Of a stretch of 64,000 nucleotides of DNA, positions 20,580 through 29,875 are shown piece by piece. Within the stretch, counting starts at the first letter, position 1, and each line of letters opens with the position of its first letter. The stretch covers positions 256,001 to 320,000 of the forward strand of contig CBDCKN010000013.1 in the NCBI GenBank assembly GCA_965218295.1, given 5' to 3'. The translations under genes and the position numbers were made by a program. The notes below the pieces were generated by a model, which worked only from the letters and a program-made list of their open reading frames with translations, was not told the DNA's origin and did not search any database. This DNA is from Longimicrobiales bacterium (GTDB lineage Bacteria; Gemmatimonadota; Gemmatimonadetes; Longimicrobiales; Gaopeijiaceae).

Positions 20580-21329
20580 CTAGTCCTCTGCGGGCCCGGT
20601 GTCCCCGGATCCTGTTCCTTCGTCCCCGGGTTGTGGGGTGAACGCGGATCGCTCGGCGGCTGGAGCGAGGCCAGCCGGGGCGGCCTTCAAGCCACTCCGG
20701 AGATCCCAAGCCAGATCGAGGACCTTCTGCGCTCCCTGCTCCATGTCGATGATCAGCGCGTCGATGCGGGAGACGAAGAAATTGTAGCCGATGTTGACCG
20801 GAATCGCGATCAGGAGGCCCGTCGCCGTGGTCAGCAGCGCGACCTTGATCCCGCCCGCTACCAGCGTCGGATCTACGTCACCGGCCGCCTCGATGGCCCC
20901 GAAGGCCAGGACCATCCCGACCACGGTACCCAAGAAGCCCATGAGGGGAGCGACGTTGGCCACGGTAGCCAGAATCACGAGTCCCCGCTCGAGGAAGCCC
21001 AATTCGATGGTCCCCGTGGTCTTGATGGCTTGCTCCATCTCGTGTAGCCCGACTTCCTCGGCCTTGATTCTTCGCAATCCCGCCACGAGGATGGCGGCAG
21101 CCGGTCCCGGTCGGGCGGCCGCCAGCTCGAGCGCCTCATCGAGGCGACCCGCCTGAGCGGCTTCGTCGACCTCGGCGAGAACGGCTTGGGTGCTGCTGTG
21201 GGCGACCCAGAAGGTCCACGCCTTCGCGCTCATCACGCCAAGCGCGATGAGCGAGCAGAGCACCAGCGGATACATCATCAGGCCGCCATCGGAGAACAGC
21301 GACAAAAGATGGTATTGACTTGCGTCCAA
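20580..21329 (-). CDS. exbB: MotA/TolQ/ExbB proton channel protein
   Basis: GGLMMYPL, APLMGFLGTVVGM..AF, AGGIKVALLTTATGL.IAIP. Confidence 0.92.
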   Translation of the reverse strand: MDASQYHLLSLFSDGGLMMYPLVLCSLIALGVMSAKAWTFWVAHSSTQAVLAEVDEAAQAGRLDEALELAAARPGPAAAILVAGLRRIKAEEVGLHEMEQAIKTTGTIELGFLERGLVILATVANVAPLMGFLGTVVGMVLAFGAIEAAGDVDPTLVAGGIKVALLTTATGLLIAIPVNIGYNFFVSRIDALIIDMEQGAQKVLDLAWDLRSGLKAAPAGLAPAAERSAFTPQPGDEGTGSGDTGPAED

Positions 21330-21491
21330 GCGACGCTCCTCTGTGCAACGGTCCCGGTACCGCCGGCCTGCCGACGGTCATCCACGTAAGAGACGCGCCA
21401 ATCTAGTGCGCAGTCCCGAGAATTCCTAGACCGCCCGCAGGTCATACGAAATCAAAGTATTTGGGCTTTCAGGCCAGGTTCGCAAGCACCC

Positions 21492-22289
21492 TCATGCGAG
21501 GGTTGAGGCCAGGACCGCCGGGCGTTCGGGCAACGTACCACCGAGGATCTCCCTGAGTCGCGCCGTTTCCACATCCCGCTCCAGCCGGCCGTGCTGCGCC
21601 ACCGATACCCGGGCGGTCTCCTCGCTGACCACGATGACCAGAGCGTCGGTCTCCTCACTGAGGCCGATGGCCGCACGGTGGCGGGTACCCAGGGACTTGT
21701 CGGCGACCGCGTACTGGGTCAGAGGAAGGATCGCACCGGCTGCCCGTATCTCGTCTCCCACCACTATCACCGCTCCGTCGTGCAGGGGACTCCCGAGCGT
21801 GAAGATCGTCTGAAGCATCTCGGACGAAACGCGGACCCTCTCCCGGCTACCGGTCTGACCGTACTCGTCGAGGCCGACCTCCTGCTCGATGGCGATGATG
21901 GCACCCATCTTCCTGCGAGAGAGCTCTTCGACACCGTGGACGATCTCGTCGATCAGCTGGCTTTCCTGCATCGGATTGACCATGCGGATCAGGCGACTCC
22001 GGCCGAGACGGCTCAAGGCGGTCCTCAGCTCGGGCTGGAACACGACCAGTGCCGCAATGACCCCGTAACTGAAGACCGATTCCAGGATGTACTCGATGAG
22101 GGTCAGCCGGAGGACCTGGGAGACGAGATACGCCGCAGCCAGGACGAGCAATCCCAGGAGGATCTGCATCGCCCGGGTTCGCTGGATGATCAGCAGAATC
22201 CTGTAGAGCAGAAACGCGACGATGAGGATCTGGAGGAGGTCGAGCGGCCCCGGAAGGAAGAACTGCAGCTGATTCCAGAGCCGGGACAC
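21492..22289 (-). CDS. cdaA: Diadenylate cyclase CdaA/DacA
   Basis: 3 TM helices, VVFQPELR, SPLHDGA, LGTRHRAA.GLSEETDA. Confidence 0.93.
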   Translation of the reverse strand: MSRLWNQLQFFLPGPLDLLQILIVAFLLYRILLIIQRTRAMQILLGLLVLAAAYLVSQVLRLTLIEYILESVFSYGVIAALVVFQPELRTALSRLGRSRLIRMVNPMQESQLIDEIVHGVEELSRRKMGAIIAIEQEVGLDEYGQTGSRERVRVSSEMLQTIFTLGSPLHDGAVIVVGDEIRAAGAILPLTQYAVADKSLGTRHRAAIGLSEETDALVIVVSEETARVSVAQHGRLERDVETARLREILGGTLPERPAVLASTLA

Positions 22290-22299
22290 TTTGGATCAG

Positions 22300-24453
22300 C
22301 TAGCTGGAGGCGCCTGCCTCCGGATCCTCGGCACGGAGCCGGACCGCGGGGGTGCGTACAGTGTCGGGGCTCGACTCCTCGGCGCTCAAGTCCTCGCCGC
22401 CCGGCCTTTCCGGCGCAGCCCCCTCCAGAACCGCGCCTTCCTCGACGACAGTGTCCTTCGCTGCGCCTTCCTCGGCGACAGTGTCCTCCGCCGTGCCTTC
22501 CTCGACGGGAGAATCGTCGGTGGCGTCGGATGAAGAAGCCGCTCCCTCGCCCTCCTCGTCGTCCTCGGGGGCCGCCAGGGGCAGGAGCTCCTCGCCGGCG
22601 TCCAAAGCCGCGATCTCGGCGGCATCCAGCGTCTCCCGGTCCAGGAGCGCCTGGGCCAGTTCCTCCAACAGATCCCGGTGCTCGGTGACCAGCGCCCGAG
22701 CGCTCTCGTGGGCCTCGTCAAGCACGCGCTTGATCTCCTGATCGACCTGTTGGGCCGTGTGCTCCGACACCTCCCGGCGCTGGATCAGGTCACGGCCCAG
22801 GAAGACCTCCTGATCCGCCTGCCCGATGGCCATGAGACCGATGAGGTCGGACATGCCGAAGCGGGTCACCATCTGGCGGGCCATGGCCGTGGCCCTCTCG
22901 ATGTCGTTGCCCGCACCCGTCGTGATCTGGTCGGGCCCGAAGACCATCTCCTCGGCGACACGCCCCCCGAAGAGCATGCACAGCTGCCCCTGGAGCCACT
23001 CCTTCGTATACGAGTGGCGGTCTTCCTCCGGCAGGCTCGCGGTGATGCCAAGGGCCCGCCCACGAGGCACGATGGTAATCTTGTGGACCGGGTCCATGCC
23101 GGGCAGACGGAGGCCGACGACGGCGTGGCCCGCCTCGTGGTATGCCGTGAGCCTCCGCTCCGACTCCGTGAGCACCATGCTGCGCCGCTCGGCCCCGAGC
23201 ATGACCTTGTCCTTCGCCTCTTCGAAGTGGGCGTTGCTCACCTTGTTGCTGCCGTCGCGAGCAGCCAGGAGGGCCGCCTCGTTACAGATGTTGGCCAGAT
23301 CCGCGCCGCTGAGACCCGGAGTGCCCTTGGCCACTGCCTTGAACTCCACGTCTCCGGTCAGCGGTAGCTTCTTGGCGTGGACCCGAAGGATCCCTTCTCT
23401 GCCCCTGATGTCCGGGAGGTCCACGACGACCTGGCGGTCGAAACGGCCGGGCCGAAGGAGGGCTGGGTCGAGAACGTCGGGTCGATTGGTCGCCGCCAGC
23501 AGGATCACGCCCTCGTTGGCCTCGAAGCCGTCCATCTCGACCAAGAGGGCGTTGAGGGTCTGCTCGCGCTCGTCGTGCCCGCCTCCAAGGCCGGCTCCAC
23601 GATGCCGTCCCACCGCGTCGATCTCGTCGATGAAGATGATGCAGGGGGCGTGGGCTTTGCCCTGCTCGAACAGGTCACGGACCCGGGACGCTCCCACACC
23701 GACGAACATCTCGACGAAGTCGGACCCGGACATCTGGAAGAACGGCCTCGCGGCCTCTCCCGCCACGGCGCGGGCCAACAGCGTCTTTCCGGTGCCCGGA
23801 GGACCCACGAGCAGGACACCCTTGGGCAGCCGGCCACCAAGGCGCGAAAACCTCTGCGGGTCCTTGAGGAACTCGATGATCTCTTCGAGCTCTTCCTTCG
23901 CTTCGTCCGCCCCGGCGATGTCCGCGAAGGTGCCCGTGGGCGTGTCCGGCGCGAGGAGCTTCGCCTTAGAGCGTCCGAACTGGAACGCCCTGTTTCCCCC
24001 ACCCTGCATGGTGCGGAAGATCCAGATCCAAAACGCGATGAAAAGCAGCCAGGGCAACACGCCCAGTAGGAGGGTCCCCCAACCGCGTGTCTCCAGCTTA
24101 CCCGAGATCTCGATCTCGTGCTGCTCCAGGTCGGCGAGGAGATCGGGAGTGATCTCGCCCGGGAGCATCACTGTGAACTTCTGGAACTCCTGGCCCTCTT
24201 CGATCCGCGGCGCCCGCAGCTCTCCCTCGATCAGGCGGCTCTCGACGACCGTGACCTCGAGAATGTTGTCCGCGTCGAGCTGCGCCTTGAATTCCGTGTA
24301 CGTGAACTCGAGGGCCACGTCGTTCTGCCCCCGCATGAACTGGAAGGCGAGAGCCGTCATGAGGACGAGAAGCAGCCAGAAGGCACCGGTCCTGGAGAAC
24401 CGGCTCACTGGAGATCCGTCGTTCGGCGTGCGAAGTGGGTCTTGTTCAGCCAT
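22300..24453 (-). CDS. ftsH: ATP-dependent zinc metalloprotease FtsH
   Basis: [32 protein letters not shown]. Confidence 0.97.
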   Translation of the reverse strand: MAEQDPLRTPNDGSPVSRFSRTGAFWLLLVLMTALAFQFMRGQNDVALEFTYTEFKAQLDADNILEVTVVESRLIEGELRAPRIEEGQEFQKFTVMLPGEITPDLLADLEQHEIEISGKLETRGWGTLLLGVLPWLLFIAFWIWIFRTMQGGGNRAFQFGRSKAKLLAPDTPTGTFADIAGADEAKEELEEIIEFLKDPQRFSRLGGRLPKGVLLVGPPGTGKTLLARAVAGEAARPFFQMSGSDFVEMFVGVGASRVRDLFEQGKAHAPCIIFIDEIDAVGRHRGAGLGGGHDEREQTLNALLVEMDGFEANEGVILLAATNRPDVLDPALLRPGRFDRQVVVDLPDIRGREGILRVHAKKLPLTGDVEFKAVAKGTPGLSGADLANICNEAALLAARDGSNKVSNAHFEEAKDKVMLGAERRSMVLTESERRLTAYHEAGHAVVGLRLPGMDPVHKITIVPRGRALGITASLPEEDRHSYTKEWLQGQLCMLFGGRVAEEMVFGPDQITTGAGNDIERATAMARQMVTRFGMSDLIGLMAIGQADQEVFLGRDLIQRREVSEHTAQQVDQEIKRVLDEAHESARALVTEHRDLLEELAQALLDRETLDAAEIAALDAGEELLPLAAPEDDEEGEGAASSSDATDDSPVEEGTAEDTVAEEGAAKDTVVEEGAVLEGAAPERPGGEDLSAEESSPDTVRTPAVRLRAEDPEAGASS
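22431..22507. repeat. 30-bp tandem repeat (~2.6 copies) in the FtsH acidic tail
   Basis: Unit ccgcgccttcctcgacgacagtgtccttcg; encodes [25 protein letters not shown]. Confidence 0.85.
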
Positions 24454-24497
24454 GTGTTTCTGCTACACCTTGAAAGGCGTCGGAGTCCCACCGACGC

Positions 24498-25037
24498 TCA
24501 CAAACCTGCAATATAGGGCAAGTGGCGGAAGTTTTCGCTGAAATCCAGCCCGTAGCCCACCAAGAACTCCCGAGGGGCGTCGAAGCCCACCCAGCGGGGC
24601 TCCTTCGCAAGCTGGCTGATGCGCTTGTGCAGAAGGGCACAGATCTCCAGGCTCTTGGGACCTCGCTCTTCCAGCAGCGGGACGAGGCGGTTCATGGTGT
24701 TTCCGCTGTCGACGATGTCCTCGACGATGATCACCGCCCGGTCTTCCAGCGTCGCCTCCGAATCATAGAGAAGCTGTACGTTGCCGCTGCTCATGGTGTC
24801 ACTGCCGTAGCTCGACGCCACCAGAAAGTCGATATGAAGCGGCAGGTCGATGGATCGCACCAGGTCGGCCATGAATATGAACGAGCCCTTTAGCAGGCCC
24901 AGCACCAGCAGATCGTCGTCCTCGGTGTAGGTCTCCGTGATCTCTCGACCCATCTCCTCGACGCGCCGAGCGATCGCCTCCTCCGAGTAGACGATGCGGG
25001 TCAGCTCCTGTCCCCCCAACCTTGCCTGGGTAGTCAC
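24498..25037 (-). CDS. hpt: Hypoxanthine phosphoribosyltransferase
   Basis: [37 protein letters not shown]. Confidence 0.95.
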   Translation of the reverse strand: MTTQARLGGQELTRIVYSEEAIARRVEEMGREITETYTEDDDLLVLGLLKGSFIFMADLVRSIDLPLHIDFLVASSYGSDTMSSGNVQLLYDSEATLEDRAVIIVEDIVDSGNTMNRLVPLLEERGPKSLEICALLHKRISQLAKEPRWVGFDAPREFLVGYGLDFSENFRHLPYIAGL

Positions 25038-26401
25038 CGGACCTCCGATGTGGACAACGAAATGGCAAACGCACTTTCCTCTTCGGCCGGGACGTGCAGG
25101 CATGAGCGAGACACGCCGGGAACCCAAAGCACGCGGCCATGGCCGTCCACCACGACGGGGACCCGAGACCGCTCATCCAGGGGTACGCGTGCCTCTCCGA
25201 AGACCTTCTTCAGCTTCTTGGATCCGTACGAGTATCGCACCCGGTCTCCGGGGCTCCACCCCCGCATCCGGAGGGGAAACTCGAGCTCTGCCAGGGAGAA
25301 CCGCTCGATCCAGGTTCCCTCGAGCACCTCGGTGAGCGACCAAGTGGCCGACCAGTCCCGCCCTCTAATCACGAAACCCCCTCGACCCTCTCCGGGTTCG
25401 CCGATCTCGAGCGAGCCGTCGTCGCCTCGCTCCTTGATGAGCTCGAGCACGAGATGATCGAACGCGCGGTACAACCTGAGGAGCCCTGTGATCCAGTGCT
25501 CCTTACCGCTAGCGCCCGCGCTTGTAAACGCAACGGCCGCCCGAGTTCCGGCCTCATCGAGCCGTACCCCCAAGCGGGCCGAGAGCGCCCGCAGCGCGCG
25601 GGCATGAACCTCCGAATCATACGCGAGCCAGGAGACCCGATCAACGACGATGCGGGCGTCGCTCGACTCCACGATCAAGTCGTCCAGGAGCTTTGCGAGG
25701 ATCGACTGCCACGCCCTCTCTTCTCTCTGGGCAATGCGCGCCAGCCGCACCAGGGAGCCCCGAGTGCCCGGAGCTACCGCGGCCTCGAGGCGGGGCAGGA
25801 CCTCGTGCCTGATCACGTTCCGGGCGAAGGCAGGATCTTCGTTGGACGGATCGAGGCGCGGCCTGATCCCTACGGATTCCGCATACTGTGCGAGGCGATC
25901 CCGCGTGAACCGTAGCAGAGGCCTCAGGATTCCCGGTGCCCTCTGTTCCGGAATGCCTGCGAGGCCGCGAAGGCCCGTGCCACGAGCGATACGGAAGAGC
26001 ACGGTCTCCGCTTGATCGTCCGCGTGGTGGGCAGTGACGATCCACCGGGCTCCCAACGCTCGATGCTCCGCTTCCAGAAACTCGTAGCGGGCCTCTCGGG
26101 CCTCCTCTTCGCCGGCGAGGTCGGCCTCCGCCACGCCCTCACGAAAGGGAAGATCCCAAGCCTGGGCCACTCCACGGACCCACAAGGCGTCGCCTGAGCT
26201 CTCGGGCCGCATACGGTGATCGAAGTGCGCGACGATCAGGTGGAGTCCGGGAAGTCCCGGTGTGAATCGCAGAAGATGAAGCAGAACGAGGGAATCCAGC
26301 CCCCCGGACACGGCCACGAGGACCTTGTCACCCTCTGAGAAGAACCCTCGCTGGGCCACGTGCTCCTCGAAGTCACGCGCCAGCGCATGCTGATGGCTCA
26401 T
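25034..26401 (-). CDS. tilS: tRNA(Ile)-lysidine synthase
   Basis: AVSGGLDS PP-loop, AREARY, TAHHADDQAET, RN.IRH. Start MSHQH at an ATGA overlap. Confidence 0.93.
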   Translation of the reverse strand: MSHQHALARDFEEHVAQRGFFSEGDKVLVAVSGGLDSLVLLHLLRFTPGLPGLHLIVAHFDHRMRPESSGDALWVRGVAQAWDLPFREGVAEADLAGEEEAREARYEFLEAEHRALGARWIVTAHHADDQAETVLFRIARGTGLRGLAGIPEQRAPGILRPLLRFTRDRLAQYAESVGIRPRLDPSNEDPAFARNVIRHEVLPRLEAAVAPGTRGSLVRLARIAQREERAWQSILAKLLDDLIVESSDARIVVDRVSWLAYDSEVHARALRALSARLGVRLDEAGTRAAVAFTSAGASGKEHWITGLLRLYRAFDHLVLELIKERGDDGSLEIGEPGEGRGGFVIRGRDWSATWSLTEVLEGTWIERFSLAELEFPLRMRGWSPGDRVRYSYGSKKLKKVFGEARVPLDERSRVPVVVDGHGRVLWVPGVSRSCLHVPAEEESAFAISLSTSEVR

Positions 26402-27249
26402 CCCTCGACTTCGACCTCGGACGAGGGAGAGGCGAAAGGGCGGCGGGCCACATCGGCCAGGACCCGTGCGAGGATGTCGAGACGGTCTGTCTGGAGGCCG
26501 TCGACACCCCAGTCGAGGAGTCGTCGCATATCCCCCTCGTCGTCCACCACCCATACGTGGACGGCGACGTTGAGGCGATGGGCCTGGGAGATGAACCTCG
26601 GTGTCACCACCCGCAGACCACGCCAGCGCTCGGGCACCTGAAGGACATCGAACCTGGGTCGTAGCGTCCCCACCATCCGTGCGTGGCTGGCACACCAGAA
26701 CCAGGCGATGTCCCGCCGAGAGGCACCCCACGGCCCCGTGTAGCCATGAGCGTCATTACGCCAGGCTTCCACCTCGGCCGCCACCAACACCCGATGCGTG
26801 GCGTTATGCCGGCGGATCACCTCCAGGAGGGGGCGTGCCACGTCCGGAGACTTCGTCTCCACGTTCACCCGTGTGTCCGGGAAGGCGTCGAGGACCTCCT
26901 CCAGGGAGGGCACGCGAATACCCTTTCCCCGGAACGACGTCTCACCGTCGAGGTCTCGGAAATGGAAGCCCGCGTCAAGGGCTTTCACCTGCTGCCACGA
27001 CATGGAAGCGATGGGCCCGGTTCCGTTACACGTCCGATCCACCGTCGCGTCGTGGATCAGCACGACCTTGCCGTCGGCGGTCAGGTGCGCGTCGGTTTCG
27101 AGCATGTCGACACCCCACCCCTCCACAGCGAGTCGGAAGGCCGCCATGGTGTTTTCCGGGGCCATGTGGCCTCCGCCCCGGTGGGCGATGAAGAGCGGAC
27201 TGCCAGCCAGGTAGGAATGGCCTGGTCGCCGCCTTTGGAGTGAGGCCAC
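26398..27249 (-). CDS. Glycerophosphodiester phosphodiesterase
   Basis: IAHRGG..PENT..AF, ETD, HDATVDRT, GVDGLQTD. Confidence 0.9.
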   Translation of the reverse strand: MASLQRRRPGHSYLAGSPLFIAHRGGGHMAPENTMAAFRLAVEGWGVDMLETDAHLTADGKVVLIHDATVDRTCNGTGPIASMSWQQVKALDAGFHFRDLDGETSFRGKGIRVPSLEEVLDAFPDTRVNVETKSPDVARPLLEVIRRHNATHRVLVAAEVEAWRNDAHGYTGPWGASRRDIAWFWCASHARMVGTLRPRFDVLQVPERWRGLRVVTPRFISQAHRLNVAVHVWVVDDEGDMRRLLDWGVDGLQTDRLDILARVLADVARRPFASPSSEVEVEG

Positions 27250-27261
27250 GGGTCCGACGAT

Positions 27262-27777
27262 TTAGGACGCTGACGCCCCGTCCCTGAAGCCCTCTACGTC
27301 GGCCGGGTCGACCCCGTGGAGACGAAAGAGCACCAGGTCGAGGAGCCGGTCGGTCAAAGCCAGATCCCGCTCCGTCCGTTCGGCGTCCTCGTCTTGGGGG
27401 TCCTCCTTCGGGTCCTGGAGCGCCACGACACGCTCGGCCAGGAACCCCACCACCTCTTCCACGACTTCCGGTCGGGGATTAGCGGGAGCCAGGGAGTCGG
27501 GCATGACCTGCTCGAGGAGCAGGCCACGGACATAGGCGAGGAATCCGGGGAACGTCAACTCGGACAAGGGCTCTCCCTCGACCTGCTCCTCGTCTGTGAT
27601 ATTCTCCCAGGCGAGCTCGTTCACATATAGCTCGGTGGCCCCGGCCTTGAGGTGTTCTCGCTCGGAGTCTGACAGCTCAGGGCCGTCGGACGGAGTCGGA
27701 ACCGTGAGCTTGCGGCCCAGCGCCCGTGCCAATTCCTCTCTTCGTTCATCGAGCAATGCCTTGGCTCGATAATCCAT
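27262..27777 (-). CDS. Hypothetical acidic helical protein
   Basis: GAGGAG RBS, MDYRAKAL..ELAWENITDEE..TFPGFLAYV; coding-like composition. Confidence 0.7.
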   Translation of the reverse strand: MDYRAKALLDERREELARALGRKLTVPTPSDGPELSDSEREHLKAGATELYVNELAWENITDEEQVEGEPLSELTFPGFLAYVRGLLLEQVMPDSLAPANPRPEVVEEVVGFLAERVVALQDPKEDPQDEDAERTERDLALTDRLLDLVLFRLHGVDPADVEGFRDGASAS

Positions 27778-27877
27778 ATCGCGGACTCCTCGAGGTCGTT
27801 GGGATGAGCGCCCCACCGCGGCAACTTACGGACCGTCGTGGCCCGGCCGCCACTCCGTGCTACGCGGTCGTGAGAGC

Positions 27878-28645
27878 CTACTCCCGCCTGTCCCGGCGTA
27901 TCCGAGCCGCCAGCCGGTCGTACAGGCCGCGGGGTAGCGCTTGGCCAGCCCAGACGGCGGAGGAGAGGGGCACCGGAAAAAGCAGTGAAGGACGGCGGGC
28001 GGCGATGGCCCCGTACATCCGCTCCACTGCGTCGTCGAGTTCGACTAGGAAGGGCCTCTTGGCCACGTACTTCGACATCTCGGAGGCGCGCACGTACCCT
28101 GGCGAGATCACGGTGACGTCCACCGGATCGTCCTTCAGATCGAGGCGAAGACTCTCGAAGAAGACCCGGAGCGCCGCCTTCGATGCCGCATATGCCGCCG
28201 TCTTCGGGAGGCCTCCGAATCCCGCTAGGCTGGACACGGCCACGAGATGGCCTCGCTTCCGCTCCAACATGCCGGGGAGCACCGCCTCCACGGCGTAGAC
28301 GGCACCAAGAAAGTTGACCCGTATGAGGCGTTCGACATCTTCCGCCACCAGGCGATGAGTATCGGTGCCCTCGCTTACCCCGGCGTTGGCCACGAGAAGG
28401 TCGACGGGCCCCAGGGCTTCCTGGCACGCTCGCGCGGCCCGGTGCATGGCTTCCGGATCCGTAACGTCGCACGCCAACGCCCGAGCCTCCCCACCACCGG
28501 CCTCGATCTCCTCCTTCACGGCCTGGAGAGCGTCCTCACGGCGTGCCGCCAGCCCCACGGAGTACCCCTCCCGGGCCAGGCGTAGGGCCAGTGCGCGACC
28601 GATCCCGGATGAAGAACCTGTGACCAGAGCTACGGTGGAGCTCAT
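27878..28645 (-). CDS. SDR family oxidoreductase
   Basis: TGSSSGIG, ANAG, YAASK. Confidence 0.92.
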   Translation of the reverse strand: MSSTVALVTGSSSGIGRALALRLAREGYSVGLAARREDALQAVKEEIEAGGGEARALACDVTDPEAMHRAARACQEALGPVDLLVANAGVSEGTDTHRLVAEDVERLIRVNFLGAVYAVEAVLPGMLERKRGHLVAVSSLAGFGGLPKTAAYAASKAALRVFFESLRLDLKDDPVDVTVISPGYVRASEMSKYVAKRPFLVELDDAVERMYGAIAARRPSLLFPVPLSSAVWAGQALPRGLYDRLAARIRRDRRE

Positions 28646-29613
28646 CCGTCGCCCCGGAGGTCCCGCTCCCACGCGCCGAAGGCCACCTCGTAGTACCTGG
28701 GATTGAACATGGCCCACTCGCCCAGGGACTCGGGCACCGAATAGGCTCGGGCCGCTTCGGCCACGGGGATCCCGGCCTCCACCGCCCGAGTGGCCGCCAT
28801 CCCCACATCCTCAAGGAGATCCACGTAAGGAGCGAGCCCGGCCAGGTCGGACGTGTCACCGTGACCGGGCACGTAGAGCGCCTGGGGGTCGACGAGGATC
28901 TCCCGTACGTGACGGATCAGGCGCGTGGGGCGGGCGTCACGATAGTTCGGGAAGAGGCCGTTCCAGACGAGGTCGCCACACCACACGACCCTCGGATCGT
29001 CTATCTCCACCGTAACGTCACTGGAGGTGTGTCCCTCACGAACGGTGACGCGAACCACCGGACCACCCAAATCGATCTCGGTGACCCTCTCCGTATCCGC
29101 GATGATCAGGTTGGGGAGCAGCCGCTCCCGCTCTTCGCCTGCGAGAAGCCGATGGGTCTCGTGGGTGGCCAGGACCCGCAGCTCACCGGGCCGGGCGCGG
29201 TATCCGCTCTGCCCCACCGAGTGGTCACCGTGATGGTGGCTGAGCACCACATGGGTGGGCCGGCGGCCGGTGAGTCGCTCCGCGGCGTCACCCACCCACG
29301 TTGCCCCCTCGACGCTGGCCAGTCCCTCCACGGCCAGAATCCCATCGCGGCCCACGATGAAGCCGCCGTTGGAGAGCGTCGTGAAGTCTCCCTCCTTCAG
29401 AGGCGTCGAAACCACCACCCAGACGCCCTCGGCGATCTCCTCGATGCGACCCCACGGCTCCACGGCCCGGACCACGCCTCTGGGCGACCCCGCGAAAGCC
29501 TCGCGCACGAAGGAGGGAGCGAAGTTCAATGCCAGCAGGAAGTGGGCGCCACACGACGCGGAGTGCTGGAGGAACCGGCGTCGGCTCGGACCCCTCGATG
29601 GCGAAACGGACAT
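28642..29613 (-). CDS. Tat-exported MBL-fold metallohydrolase (cyclase-like)
   Basis: SRRRFL signal, SHHHGDH, GHT, GDL, VPGHG. Confidence 0.85.
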   Translation of the reverse strand: MSVSPSRGPSRRRFLQHSASCGAHFLLALNFAPSFVREAFAGSPRGVVRAVEPWGRIEEIAEGVWVVVSTPLKEGDFTTLSNGGFIVGRDGILAVEGLASVEGATWVGDAAERLTGRRPTHVVLSHHHGDHSVGQSGYRARPGELRVLATHETHRLLAGEERERLLPNLIIADTERVTEIDLGGPVVRVTVREGHTSSDVTVEIDDPRVVWCGDLVWNGLFPNYRDARPTRLIRHVREILVDPQALYVPGHGDTSDLAGLAPYVDLLEDVGMAATRAVEAGIPVAEAARAYSVPESLGEWAMFNPRYYEVAFGAWERDLRGDG

Positions 29614-29654
29614 GAGTGTCTCGTTATGAAGTCGCCGAACAAGCGTACGTATCT

Positions 29655-29852
29655 TTACGTCGTGAGCACCGCCACGGCTTTCGGATACCACGGCCCGTAG
29701 CGCTTCTCGAACGCCTGACGAGCCTTCACGGCCTCGGCCCGCGTCGGGGCGTAGACCACCGCCGTCAGCAGCTCCTTGCCGTCCGGCTGCTCTCGCTTCG
29801 GCAGCCGGTCCAGGACATTGCGCATCTTGTGATTCCAGCACCGCTGCTCGGC
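29655..29852 (-). pseudogene. Internal fragment of an IS256-family transposase
   Basis: Frame not in the ORF track: AEQRCWNHKMRNVLDRLPKREQ..YPKAVAVL* (QRCxxHKxRN motif). Confidence 0.8.
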
Positions 29853-29875
29853 GGAGCGACCCCGCGCTCACTTCG

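Noticed and set aside
22826..24541. Long plus-strand ORFs (also 12460-13773, 50012-51427 and others)
   Set aside because: They are antisense shadows of well-supported GC-rich genes and have no recognisable motifs.
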